The notes beneath the pieces are model-generated. The model ran no database searches and was not told where the DNA came from. It saw nothing but the letters and a program-made list of their open reading frames with translations. A program made the position numbers and the translations under genes. A stretch of DNA of 64,000 bases from Bacillota bacterium. GTDB lineage: Bacteria; Armatimonadota; HRBIN16. Numbering within the stretch: position 1 is the first letter of the stretch; the number at the start of each line of letters is the position of its first letter. Shown here one piece after another: positions 44,451 to 54,575 of the stretch. Location: NCBI GenBank assembly GCA_023511455.1, contig JAIMBJ010000014.1:1949-65948 (forward strand). The letters run 5' to 3'.

Positions 44451-45770
44451 TCAGGCAGCGAGGTCTTCCTGGTGCGCTTTGCCCCAGTAGGCTCGCAACC
44501 TGCATTGTGTCTGATGCACAAACTCCCTGACCTTCTCCCAACCCTCCGTATAGTTACATGCGCTCTCGATCCACAACCCGGAGTCGAGCAGGTTTTCTTC
44601 TCTGAGCATCTGTAAAGCCTCTTCACTCAATCGTTGCCGTACGACTTCCGCCTGCTCGCCGGTGTAGGGCAGGATGATTGCCAGGTCTGAAACGTCGATT
44701 CGTGCGGGGATGTCTGCCTTGCGGATTTTCGCCCGCAGGCGCGGTGCCAGACGCGCCATGATGCCTTCAAACAGGTTCAATCCATACTGTCGGATGAACA
44801 TCTGTGAACCACCAACGCGGATGATAACCAGCCCCAGCATATAGCCATATCGGCTGGCGCGGTTTATCTCTTCGTCCAGCCTGCTCTCGAAGTAGCGGCG
44901 ATTGTAACAGCTGGTAATGGGGTCGACAATGGATGGTTGCAGCAGTTCCTCCTCGGTAGCCGTCATCTTCTGCTGCATCCGCATCATCTGTGCCTGCGCG
45001 TCTTTGATTTCCTCGGTCACCAGTATCTTGCGCAGTTTCTTGGTGGAGTTGCGCAGGATATGGGACACGTAGTTGCAGGAGATGCCCAGCCGCTGGGCGA
45101 TTTCCGTTTGCGAGAGCTCCTCATAGAAGAAAGCGTACAACACCTGCCGTTCGATATCTTTCAGCCGCTCCATCGCGTGTTCCAGCACCACGCGCTCCTC
45201 GGTGGCAATCTGAAGGGTGAAGCTGTCCGGGTGTTCCAGCTTTTCGAGGTCCGCACCGGGGATGTGGTCGTCTTCCTCGCTTTCACCCGCATCCAGTGAG
45301 CTCACCCGAAACAGTTCGCTGGTGGAAAGCAGATATTCCACCTGTTTTTCGTCCATATTCATGACCGCGCCGATTTCAGCGGATGTCGGTTGTCTGCCCA
45401 GCTGTTGGGACAGCGAGTCCACAATACGGGTGAGTTTCTGATGCAGTTCCTGAACCCATGCGGGCACCTTGATCATCTTGCCCCGGTCACGCAGATAGTG
45501 CTTAATCTGTCCGATGATGAAGTGGGTGGCATATGTGGAAAACTTCGTGCCCTTATCGGGCTTGTACAGGTCGATGGCGTTGAGCAAACCGACGTAACCC
45601 TCTTGAATCAGGTCTTCAAGGGGCTCACCGGTGTTGATGAACCGCCGGGCAATGCTTTCCACCAGATTGGGAAACTGCTCCACAAGACGTTCACGGAGTT
45701 CGAGATTGCCTGTCCGGTGGTACTCGATGACGAGCTGCTGTACCTCATCGTCGTTATATCTCTTGGACAT
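44451..45770 (-). CDS. Group-3 (SigB/F/G-like) sigma-70 factor fused to a degenerate GGDEF domain
   Basis: Region 2 LIQEGYVGLLNAIDLYKPDKGTKFSTYATHFI. Region 4 LSQTEIAQRLGISCNYVSHIL. C-terminal DPITSCYNRRYFE...RKADIPARIDVSDLAIILPYT aligns to GGDEF domains. GAGGGAG SD. Confidence 0.85.
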   Translation of the reverse strand: MSKRYNDDEVQQLVIEYHRTGNLELRERLVEQFPNLVESIARRFINTGEPLEDLIQEGYVGLLNAIDLYKPDKGTKFSTYATHFIIGQIKHYLRDRGKMIKVPAWVQELHQKLTRIVDSLSQQLGRQPTSAEIGAVMNMDEKQVEYLLSTSELFRVSSLDAGESEEDDHIPGADLEKLEHPDSFTLQIATEERVVLEHAMERLKDIERQVLYAFFYEELSQTEIAQRLGISCNYVSHILRNSTKKLRKILVTEEIKDAQAQMMRMQQKMTATEEELLQPSIVDPITSCYNRRYFESRLDEEINRASRYGYMLGLVIIRVGGSQMFIRQYGLNLFEGIMARLAPRLRAKIRKADIPARIDVSDLAIILPYTGEQAEVVRQRLSEEALQMLREENLLDSGLWIESACNYTEGWEKVREFVHQTQCRLRAYWGKAHQEDLAA

Positions 45771-45882
45771 CCCTGTCGCTCCCTCTGGATTTGCTAGGAT
45801 ATTCCCGGAACGCATCCAGCGTTCCACAAAGGGGCTACACTGGTATTATCGGCACGCGAGAGGCGATTTTTACAGTACAGGC

Positions 45883-46914
45883 TTACTGAATCGTGCTAAT
45901 CGGCACAGGCGCGCTCACGGGATGAGCAGATGTATCGTGGAAGAGTTTGTCCACCAGCTCGCGAGCCTTCTCCTCGTCGGCATACACGTACACTCGCCCG
46001 GGACGGCATGGCAGGGTCACCATCTGGATATTGGTTGAGGGTACCGACTTGGCAAACCATGCCAGCGCAAGCATCTGCCCGTAACTGAGGGAGCTTTTCA
46101 GATTCTCATCCACCGCATCCAGCAGCTGAGGCAGTTTCAGGTAGGTGCTGGGGTGGCGAAAATGGTCTTTCACCGCCGCGAGGAACTTGTGTTGCCGTTC
46201 AATCCGCATCAGGTCGCTATCCTGACGGTAACGCACGTAGCCCAGCGCCTGCTGACCGTCCAGCCGATGCCAGCCGGGTTCCAAATGCACGTGCAGGTCG
46301 CCCCAGTTGTCATCGTAGTGCATGGGCTTGTCCACGTAGATAGTGATACCGCCGAGCAGGTCTACCACACGACGGAAGACACGGTAGTAAACCACCACGT
46401 AGTGGTCTACCGGCACGTCCAGCCATTCCTGTATTGTCTGGGAGGTGAGTTCCGGTCCGCCGAAAGCCATGGCGGCATTGATTTTGTGATAGCCGTGGTC
46501 AGGAATACGGACGCGCGTATCGCGCGGGATGGACAGCACACTGATGCGCCTGTTTACAAAGTCAAAATGCGCCAGCATGATGGTATCGCTGCGGGTGTGC
46601 TTGGTGTAGATGCGTTTCTTGTTGTCACGGTTCTCGTCGGAACCCAGCAACAGCACTGTCACCGACGATTGCCCCGGAAAGGCTTGCGCGACGTCCAGCC
46701 CCCGGTACTGCCACAGCGCGCCTACCGTTTTGCGAACCGCCTTGCTGGACGCATAAAAATAACCGCTGACCGTGCCGATAGACAGCGCACCCAGCATCAA
46801 CAGTACGAGTACGACTCGCCAGAAAAGACTGCGGCGTTTGCGCCGGTTGACTTCCTGTCGTGCCAAAACATCACCCCCCACGCCCAGTATACCAAAAAAA
46901 GCGGCACTCTGCAA
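45883..46914 (-). CDS. LytR-CpsA-Psr (LCP) family protein
   Basis: LLLGSDENRD...RSDTIMLAHF...SIPRDT...KINAA. N-terminal TM anchor. Start uncertain (TTG). Confidence 0.85.
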   Translation of the reverse strand: MQSAAFFGILGVGGDVLARQEVNRRKRRSLFWRVVLVLLMLGALSIGTVSGYFYASSKAVRKTVGALWQYRGLDVAQAFPGQSSVTVLLLGSDENRDNKKRIYTKHTRSDTIMLAHFDFVNRRISVLSIPRDTRVRIPDHGYHKINAAMAFGGPELTSQTIQEWLDVPVDHYVVVYYRVFRRVVDLLGGITIYVDKPMHYDDNWGDLHVHLEPGWHRLDGQQALGYVRYRQDSDLMRIERQHKFLAAVKDHFRHPSTYLKLPQLLDAVDENLKSSLSYGQMLALAWFAKSVPSTNIQMVTLPCRPGRVYVYADEEKARELVDKLFHDTSAHPVSAPVPISTIQ

Positions 46915-46924
46915 AAAAACGTGG

Positions 46925-47245
46925 TTACTCCACGACCACAGCCGTGCCGCTTACCGTCACCATCAGCATCGAGCCGCCCTGACCCAGCACCTCGTAGTCC
47001 AGGTCAATGCCTACAATGGCGTTTGCCCCCATCGCCTGCGCACGCGCTATCATCTCCTGCACGGCGATGTCCCTTGCACGCTGCAACTCCTCTTCGTAGG
47101 CTGCTGACCGCCCGCCCACGATGTCGCGAATGCTGGCGAACAGGTCCTTGAACACGTTCGCGCCCACGATGGCTTCCCCAACGACCAGCCCCAGATACTG
47201 GCGAATGCTCTTGCCTTCTAAGGTGGGAGTAGTGGTGATAATCAC
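46925..47245 (-). CDS. YbjQ/UPF0145 family protein
   Basis: The whole-length pattern [24 protein letters not shown]...M...A...GANAIVG is typical of the family. Confidence 0.9.
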   Translation of the reverse strand: MIITTTPTLEGKSIRQYLGLVVGEAIVGANVFKDLFASIRDIVGGRSAAYEEELQRARDIAVQEMIARAQAMGANAIVGIDLDYEVLGQGGSMLMVTVSGTAVVVE

Positions 47246-47258
47246 TTTGCCTTCCTCC

Positions 47259-48131
47259 TTACCCTCTTAATGTCCAGAAAGCAAAGGCGATGATGCCCAC
47301 CACCAGCAGTGCCACCACCGCCATCGCGCGTTTCTCCTCGCGCGAGAAACGGAAATACTTGCGGTTCACAAGGAGCAACACTACCGCCATCGGCACCAGA
47401 CCGGGCAGCATGTCCACCGCATCCATAAAACGCGGCGTGAGCGACCCCACCACGTTCTGGAAGAACATATATCCAGCCAGCGCAATGACCATCCAGATGT
47501 AGGTGGCTCGCGCCGCCATGCCAAACCGCCACACACAGGCGAAGTAAAACGCCAGGAACACGAAGTCGGCGGGGCCGATGATACCTATGGGGCGCAGACC
47601 GGTGGGCGTGGGTTTGGCTCCTGCCTGCGGCACGTGTATCGCCACCGTGCTCAACGCCTGCGGTGCCACCTCCATGACTCGCGGAATCCACAGGCTTACC
47701 ACCGCAAAGTCTGCCAGCGCCGCGAAAAGGGCAGCGGGAGCAAGGATGTTTGGCTCACGGATGATGTGTGACACCGCCAAACCCAACATGCTCGCCGCCA
47801 AAACCATCAGCGTATCGCTGATGCCCAGCACCGTCTCCAGAGCCACTGGGCTCTGACGCAGCGCGGGCACGAAAGCCGGCGACAGGCGCACCACGACAAA
47901 CAATATCAGCAACACTGCCATCCAGGCCAGAGCTACCAGCGGACGCAGCGGAAGCGCAGCAGCCCGTAACACCACCCATGTCGCCAGCGCCATAAATACC
48001 AGCGTGGAGAGCGCCACCTGTAAGAAACCGTCACCCAGAAAGGTGACCAGCGGCGCTCCCACGCGGTAAAGCAGGTAGACCCCTACCGCCAGCCAGAAAA
48101 GGCGATAACGGTCGTGCAGTGTTTGTTCCAT
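47259..48131 (-). CDS. Polytopic membrane protein (possible presenilin/SPP-like aspartyl intramembrane protease; weak)
   Basis: Two membrane-embedded Asp ([19 protein letters not shown]), then MLPGLVP. Confidence 0.5.
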   Translation of the reverse strand: MEQTLHDRYRLFWLAVGVYLLYRVGAPLVTFLGDGFLQVALSTLVFMALATWVVLRAAALPLRPLVALAWMAVLLILFVVVRLSPAFVPALRQSPVALETVLGISDTLMVLAASMLGLAVSHIIREPNILAPAALFAALADFAVVSLWIPRVMEVAPQALSTVAIHVPQAGAKPTPTGLRPIGIIGPADFVFLAFYFACVWRFGMAARATYIWMVIALAGYMFFQNVVGSLTPRFMDAVDMLPGLVPMAVVLLLVNRKYFRFSREEKRAMAVVALLVVGIIAFAFWTLRG

Positions 48132-48134
48132 GCA

Positions 48135-48695
<561 letters not shown>

Positions 48696-48810
48696 TTATC
48701 GTGATTCGTCCTGTGATATATACGCTAAATACTTCGTCAAACCGCTGCAGGTGTCCTTTCGGCTCAGGAGAACCTGACCCCAACCCCCTCCTCATTCGGC
48801 TTGCGCATTT

Positions 48811-49968
48811 ATGGCGAAGACGGTACAATGTAGGCGAGACCGAGAGAACAGGCGGTATATCACGGTGGAGCGGTTTGCGTTTATTTTGCACCCGTTACGT
48901 CAGGAAGACTTTACCCGGAAATATCCCATCCTGAAGGCGGTTCCCTTCCGCTGGGTGGAAGAAACATTCAAACACATGCCCCCGCGTGTACTGTCCCACA
49001 TCACGGGCATCGAATCGCGCACTGGCGCACAGGCAGAGGGCTGGTTCATCGCCGTTCCCATGACGCCGCGCCTGCTGCTGGAGACCCCCTTTGAGAAGGT
49101 GTTGCCCCGAATCGTGCGGGCTGGACGCATGGCGGAAGAGCTGGGTGCGCAGATTATCGGGCTTGGCGCGTTCCTGAAGGTGGTGGGCGATCGCGGCGTG
49201 AGTGTGGCGCGCGCGTTGAACACTCCCGTGACCACCGGCAACTCCTACACGGCGGGCAGTGCATTGCAGGGCACTCTGCTGGCGGCGGCGCGTATGGGCA
49301 TCCGCGCGGAGGAGGCACAGGCGACCGTCATCGGTGCGACAGGGGCGATTGGCAGCGTGTGTGCGCGCATTCTGGCAAAGCATGTGGCGCAAATCACGCT
49401 GGTGGCGCGCAAGCGCGACCGGCTGGAAGCGTTGCAGGAGGAGATAGCCCGTTCCACACCCGCCGAGGTTCACATATCTACCGACTCGCGTAGCGCGGTG
49501 CGCGACGCCGACATGGTGATTGCCGTCAGCTCCGCCACCGATGTGCTGATAGAACCCGAAGACCTGCGTCCGGGCGCAGTGGTTTGCGATGTGGCGCGCC
49601 CCCGCAACGTGTCCGCTGCTGTGTATGAAAAGCGCAATGATGTGCTGGTGATCGACGGCGGAGTAATCCGGGTGCCCGGAGAGAATGTGGATTTCGGCTT
49701 TAACTTCGGCTTTCCCCCCAAACACGCGGAGGCGTGTATCGCCGAGACCATTATCCTGGCACTGGAACGCCGCTTCGAGTGCTTCACGCTGGGCGCGGAC
49801 ATCCGCGTGGACCAGGTGGAGGAGATTACCCGCCTGGCGCACAAGCACGGCTTCGAGGTGGCAGGTTTCCGTCGATTCGAACGCGCCATCCCCGACGAGG
49901 AGGTCGAACGCATCCGCCGCAACGCCGGACGTCCTCATGAGGTGGAACCGCCGATGCTCATCAAGTAA
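48811..49968 (+). CDS. Acyl-ACP-reductase-like / shikimate-DH-like NAD(P)-binding oxidoreductase
   Basis: FAFILHP, TTGNSYTA, VIGATGAIGSVCARIL and HAEACIAE, colinear with cyanobacterial AAR as I remember it. Start uncertain. Confidence 0.65.
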   Translation: MAKTVQCRRDRENRRYITVERFAFILHPLRQEDFTRKYPILKAVPFRWVEETFKHMPPRVLSHITGIESRTGAQAEGWFIAVPMTPRLLLETPFEKVLPRIVRAGRMAEELGAQIIGLGAFLKVVGDRGVSVARALNTPVTTGNSYTAGSALQGTLLAAARMGIRAEEAQATVIGATGAIGSVCARILAKHVAQITLVARKRDRLEALQEEIARSTPAEVHISTDSRSAVRDADMVIAVSSATDVLIEPEDLRPGAVVCDVARPRNVSAAVYEKRNDVLVIDGGVIRVPGENVDFGFNFGFPPKHAEACIAETIILALERRFECFTLGADIRVDQVEEITRLAHKHGFEVAGFRRFERAIPDEEVERIRRNAGRPHEVEPPMLIK

Positions 49969-50016
49969 CCTGTCCGTCCGGGCAGTTATCAAATCTTTTG
50001 CAACGGAGAGCCACCG

Positions 50017-53000
50017 ATGTCTGTGCATCTCTGGGAGGAGACAGTAACCATCCCCACCTGTCCAGTGGGTAAAGCGAACCCGCATCCGCCACTACAGCGC
50101 AGGGGCTACTGGGCGGTATATCCCTATCCTCTACTCGACCAGCTCAGCGATGAGGCAGAGCCTCGCCAGTATCATGCGGTCTTCGTAGAGAACCCGTACC
50201 TGCGCGTGATGGTGCTGCCCGAACTCGGCGGGCGGGTGTGGTCGCTGTATGATAAAATCAGCGAACGCGAGTGCCTGCACCAGCCGCCATCCATCAAACC
50301 GGCACTTATTGGGCTGACTGGCGCGTGGATTGCCGGAGGCATCGAGTTCAACTTCCCCATCGGTCACCGCTACACCACGCACCAGCCTGTCTGGTACACC
50401 CTTTCCTATCCCAAAGAGGAGGGGGAGAAAGCCACCATCTGGATTGGCGAAATCTGCCGACGCAGCCGCATGATGTGGATGGTCGGCATTAGCCTTTATC
50501 CTGACCGTGCGTTCATGGAGACCGATATCCGTCTGTTCAACCGCACCGAGCTGAAGAAACGCTTCTACTTCTGGACGAACTGCGCCGTGTCGGCGCACGA
50601 GGAATGGAAATGGATACTGCCCGCTTCTTCCGTGCGCAACTGGGAGGGCGACCTGAGCGAGGCACGCGCTACCTTGCCCTTCCCTGTCACCGACGACGGC
50701 GCCGACCTGAGCCTGTACCGCAGTTATGATAGAGCCTCCAGTGTGTTCGCGCACGACTTCCGGGGCGACTTCTTCGGCGGCTATGACCTGCGCGAAGACA
50801 CTGGGCTGTTGCACGTTGCCAATCCACGCGACGCCTGCGGCAGGAAGCTGTTCACCTGGGGCACGGCGGACGACGGCGCAGTGTGGGCGGAGCGGCTGGA
50901 CGACCGCGGTGTGCCCTATGTGGAGATTCAGACGGGACGCTTTGAAGACCAGAGCATCTGGCACTGGATACCCCCGCACTCTCTGGAATGCTGGCAGGAG
51001 GCGTGGTACCCCATTCGCGGACTGCAGGGGACGGTTTCGGCAGCCAGCCGGGATGGGGCGTTGAGTGTGCAAATGCAGGGACAACAGCTACAGGTGCGCT
51101 TCCACAGCACCGCTCCGCGCCCCGACCATCGCCTCATCCTGCAGTATGGCGACGATGTGGTGCATGAGCAAAGGGTAGACCTCTATCCGGAGCGCACGGG
51201 CAGCTGGCAATTCACGCTGCCGCAGCCCGCCCAACTGCCGTTGAAGGTTCTCATCGCCACCGGGGCGCGGGACACCTTACTGGAAGCGATTGCCAACCCT
51301 GTCATCGAGCGGGAGCGTATCACTATTCCCCCAGCTCCCTCTGGCGACGACGCGCAGACCTACTTCTTGCAGGCAGACGCGCTGGAGCGCGGCGCGCTTC
51401 TGGACGAGGCGGAAGCGAAATACCGACAGGCACTGGAGAAGCTGCCGGACTACCTGCCTGCGCTGAACGCTCTGGCGCGCATGTGTCTCGAAGACGCACG
51501 CTGGGACGAGTGCCTGCGGTATACGGAACGCGCCCTGCAGCGCGACCCGCAAAACCACGAGGCGATGTACCTGCGTGCGCTGTGCCTGGTCACGCAGGGC
51601 AGAGATACCGAAGCGGAAGAGTGGCTCTACCCGTTGCGACGGAGCGCGGAATACCGCGCACTGGCATTCTATCTTCTGGCGATGTGCGCGCTGCGACGAC
51701 GCGATTTGGCTCGGGCAGACGACCTGCTTGCCGAGTGCCTGTTGTATAACGCCGCGCACATCAAAGCTTGGATGATGCGGGCGGCGGTGCTTCGCCTGCG
51801 CGGAGAGGTGGAGGAAGCGGCACAGGTGCGCCTGCAGGTGCACCTGCTCGCACCGCTGGAGCCTCTGCTACGCACGGAAGCCTATCTGGGCACGCCCGAA
51901 TCGCCCGAAGCGGATGCGGTCAATCTGCTGAAACCGCTGACGATGCAGGCATGGGGCTTCGAGGAGGTCGCCTGTGACTACCTGAACGCCGGCTGCGCAA
52001 CCGACGCCATCCGCATTTTGGAGGCGTCTGCCCGGCTTGGTCTGCCCGAACAGGCTATCACCCATTACCTGCTCGCGCTGGCTTACAGCCAGAAGGGGCT
52101 ACTGGCGCAGGTGGCGGAACACGCCCTGCTCGCCGCCCGCAGTGAGCAACGCTACCTCTTCCCATGGCGGCTGGAGGATTATCATGCCCTCCAGAAAGTG
52201 CTGGCGGTCAAAGCAAATGACACGCTTGCCCGCTACGCGCTGGGCAACTGGCTGGCAGCGCACCGGCGATGGGAAGACGCACTGCGCGAATGGCTCATGG
52301 CACTGGATGCGTCTGTCCCTTCCAGCCTGGAGAACCTGCAAACGCTTGCGGAGCGTTGCCTGCGGGCGACACCGCCCGAACTGCCCATCGCCCCGACCCT
52401 GTACCGCAACATCGGTCTCGCGCTGTCGGAGGCGAAGGGCTGGCACGACCTTGCGCTGCGCTACTATGAGCGCGCCCTATCGTTATCTCCGGACGACCAT
52501 TACCTGTGGGTGGAGCGAGACGCTGTGGCGCGGCGCGCTGGTATCGAGGCGACTGTACGCCTGCAGTGGCTGGAGCAGGCAAGCCAGCAGGTTCTGCAAG
52601 AAAACCGCATGGCGCAGTTGCACGCGCACCTGCTGGTGCAGGCGCAGCGCTACGACGACGCTATCCGCGTGCTACACTCGCGTACCTTCCATGTGGCAGA
52701 AGGAGAGACATCCACTCGCCCTGTGTGGGTAGGGGCGCATCTCGGCAAGGGCAAGCAAATGGCGCAGCGGAGCGACTGGCAGGGTGCGCTGGAGCACTTC
52801 CAGCACGCACTGGAGTATCCCCATCATCTGGCAGTGGGTAAGCCGGTGCATCCGGCGGACGCAATCCCCTTCTTCTGGGCAGGGCTGGCGGCACAACGTC
52901 TGGGACAGGACGAACTGGCGCAACAGTACTGGCAGGAAGCGACACGGTGCGCGGCATATTCCGAGAAAGACAAAGCGCATCAGGCGGTGGCGCTGGATCT

Positions 53001-53136
53001 GCTGGGACGCCAAGAGGAAGCGCAGCAACTTGCTCAGGTGGAGGGGATCGCGCGCGAGATGCAGCAACTGAGAGAGGAGATAGCCGCCACCAGAGCCGAA
53101 ACAACATCATTCGAAGGCATGGCGTTCCATCCGTAA
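50017..53136 (+). CDS. DUF5107-domain protein with C-terminal TPR repeats
   Basis: N-terminal LWEETVTIPTCPVGKANPHP...VYPYP is typical of DUF5107. The C-terminal half is TPR-like. Confidence 0.75.
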   Translation: MSVHLWEETVTIPTCPVGKANPHPPLQRRGYWAVYPYPLLDQLSDEAEPRQYHAVFVENPYLRVMVLPELGGRVWSLYDKISERECLHQPPSIKPALIGLTGAWIAGGIEFNFPIGHRYTTHQPVWYTLSYPKEEGEKATIWIGEICRRSRMMWMVGISLYPDRAFMETDIRLFNRTELKKRFYFWTNCAVSAHEEWKWILPASSVRNWEGDLSEARATLPFPVTDDGADLSLYRSYDRASSVFAHDFRGDFFGGYDLREDTGLLHVANPRDACGRKLFTWGTADDGAVWAERLDDRGVPYVEIQTGRFEDQSIWHWIPPHSLECWQEAWYPIRGLQGTVSAASRDGALSVQMQGQQLQVRFHSTAPRPDHRLILQYGDDVVHEQRVDLYPERTGSWQFTLPQPAQLPLKVLIATGARDTLLEAIANPVIERERITIPPAPSGDDAQTYFLQADALERGALLDEAEAKYRQALEKLPDYLPALNALARMCLEDARWDECLRYTERALQRDPQNHEAMYLRALCLVTQGRDTEAEEWLYPLRRSAEYRALAFYLLAMCALRRRDLARADDLLAECLLYNAAHIKAWMMRAAVLRLRGEVEEAAQVRLQVHLLAPLEPLLRTEAYLGTPESPEADAVNLLKPLTMQAWGFEEVACDYLNAGCATDAIRILEASARLGLPEQAITHYLLALAYSQKGLLAQVAEHALLAARSEQRYLFPWRLEDYHALQKVLAVKANDTLARYALGNWLAAHRRWEDALREWLMALDASVPSSLENLQTLAERCLRATPPELPIAPTLYRNIGLALSEAKGWHDLALRYYERALSLSPDDHYLWVERDAVARRAGIEATVRLQWLEQASQQVLQENRMAQLHAHLLVQAQRYDDAIRVLHSRTFHVAEGETSTRPVWVGAHLGKGKQMAQRSDWQGALEHFQHALEYPHHLAVGKPVHPADAIPFFWAGLAAQRLGQDELAQQYWQEATRCAAYSEKDKAHQAVALDLLGRQEEAQQLAQVEGIAREMQQLREEIAATRAETTSFEGMAFHP

Positions 53137-53163
53137 CAGCCAATCCTGTGCAGGAGGGCACTC

Positions 53164-54549
53164 ATGAATCAGGCGATAGTCCTGTGCGCTGGGGCAGGTA
53201 GCCGCTTCTGGCCGTATAACGAGGTGCGCAACAAATGCGCCACACCGGTGGTGAACGAACCTGCAGTGCGCCGGCTGGTGCGGCAGATTCGCGAAGCGGG
53301 CATCCGTCGGGCAGTGGTGGTGCTGGGTGTGCACCCAGGTTCCGTCCGTTCGGCGTTGCATGGCGTAGATGGGCTGGAAATCGCCTTTGTCGGCGTGCAG
53401 GGGGTTCCAGGCACGGCGGCATGCGTTCACGCGGCTCTGCCCCTGCTGGACAACTCTCAGCGTTTTGCGGTGTTTTACGGAGATGTGGTGACCACACAGG
53501 CGACGGTGAACCGATTCCTGCAAACCGCTGCGCATAGCGACGCAGCGGCGGTCGCGCTGGTGCAGCCGGTTATCCCGCCCGAGCGGACGATTGACTGGCT
53601 GGGCGCGCACGTGCAGCAGGAGCGCATCGAATATGTGGAGGGACACAGCCGCGACTGCGAACACCGGCTATGTGGCATCTATGCCTTCACGCCATCTGCC
53701 CTTCCTGCCATCCAGAACAATCCGGGCATCATGACCCAGGTGCCCGTTGGCGGGATGCCGCCACTGGAAGCGGAGCTGGCGCAGAGCCTGCAAACGCTGA
53801 TAGACGACGGGAAAGAGGTGCTGGCGGTGGAGGTGGAGGGCTACCTCGTGGACATGGACAAGCCCTGGCATATTCTAGAGGCAAACCGGCGTGTGCTGGA
53901 CGAGATGAGCCGAAACCTGCAGGAAAGCGTCATCCACCCCACTGCCCGCATCCATGACGGGGCAGAGATAAAGGGGTTTGTCCTGCTTGGGGAAGGAAGC
54001 AAGGTTGGCAACCGGGTGGTGCTGGAAGGCAACGTGTTCATCGGCAAGCACACGCGTGTGGTGAACGGGGCGATTGTGGGCAGGGCGGTGGCGATTGGCA
54101 ACCACACGCGCGTTAGCGACTACTGCCTGATTGGCGCGTATAGCGTGGTGGGCAACCGGTGCATCGTGGGGCATGGCGCGGAGCTGGACGGCGTGATGTT
54201 CGACGGGGCTTACCTGTATCACTATTGCGAGATTGCGGGTGTGGTGGGGCAATCGGTGGACATCGGCGCGGCGACGGTGTGCGGCACACTGCGCTTCGAC
54301 GACGCCGAGACCATCCATCGCATTAAGGGCAGGCGCGAGTTTCCCGTCCACGGCGCGGACTCCACCTACTTCGGTGATTTCAGCCGCACGGGGGTGAATG
54401 TCATCACACAGCCGGGCGTCAAGATTGGCGCATACACGTGCATCGGCCCGGGTGTTGTCGTCTACGAGGACGTACCCAGTCGGAAGCTGATTCTGCTCAA
54501 GCAGGAGCTGGTAGAGAGAGAGTGGGGACCGGAGCGATACGGATGGTAA
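53164..54549 (+). CDS. Sugar-phosphate nucleotidyltransferase with C-terminal left-handed beta-helix
   Basis: AIVLCAGAGSRFWP N-terminus. Hexapeptide-repeat C-terminal half. Confidence 0.8.
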   Translation: MNQAIVLCAGAGSRFWPYNEVRNKCATPVVNEPAVRRLVRQIREAGIRRAVVVLGVHPGSVRSALHGVDGLEIAFVGVQGVPGTAACVHAALPLLDNSQRFAVFYGDVVTTQATVNRFLQTAAHSDAAAVALVQPVIPPERTIDWLGAHVQQERIEYVEGHSRDCEHRLCGIYAFTPSALPAIQNNPGIMTQVPVGGMPPLEAELAQSLQTLIDDGKEVLAVEVEGYLVDMDKPWHILEANRRVLDEMSRNLQESVIHPTARIHDGAEIKGFVLLGEGSKVGNRVVLEGNVFIGKHTRVVNGAIVGRAVAIGNHTRVSDYCLIGAYSVVGNRCIVGHGAELDGVMFDGAYLYHYCEIAGVVGQSVDIGAATVCGTLRFDDAETIHRIKGRREFPVHGADSTYFGDFSRTGVNVITQPGVKIGAYTCIGPGVVVYEDVPSRKLILLKQELVEREWGPERYGW

Positions 54550-54575
54550 TCCTCACTCCGGGCGCCGAGGTGTTT

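Noticed and set aside
44454-44930. The GGDEF-like domain could be an active diguanylate cyclase.
   Set aside because: The GG(D/E)EF signature is replaced by DVSDL, and the metal- and substrate-binding D.D...ND..GH..GD segment is absent. Only a receptor role is plausible.
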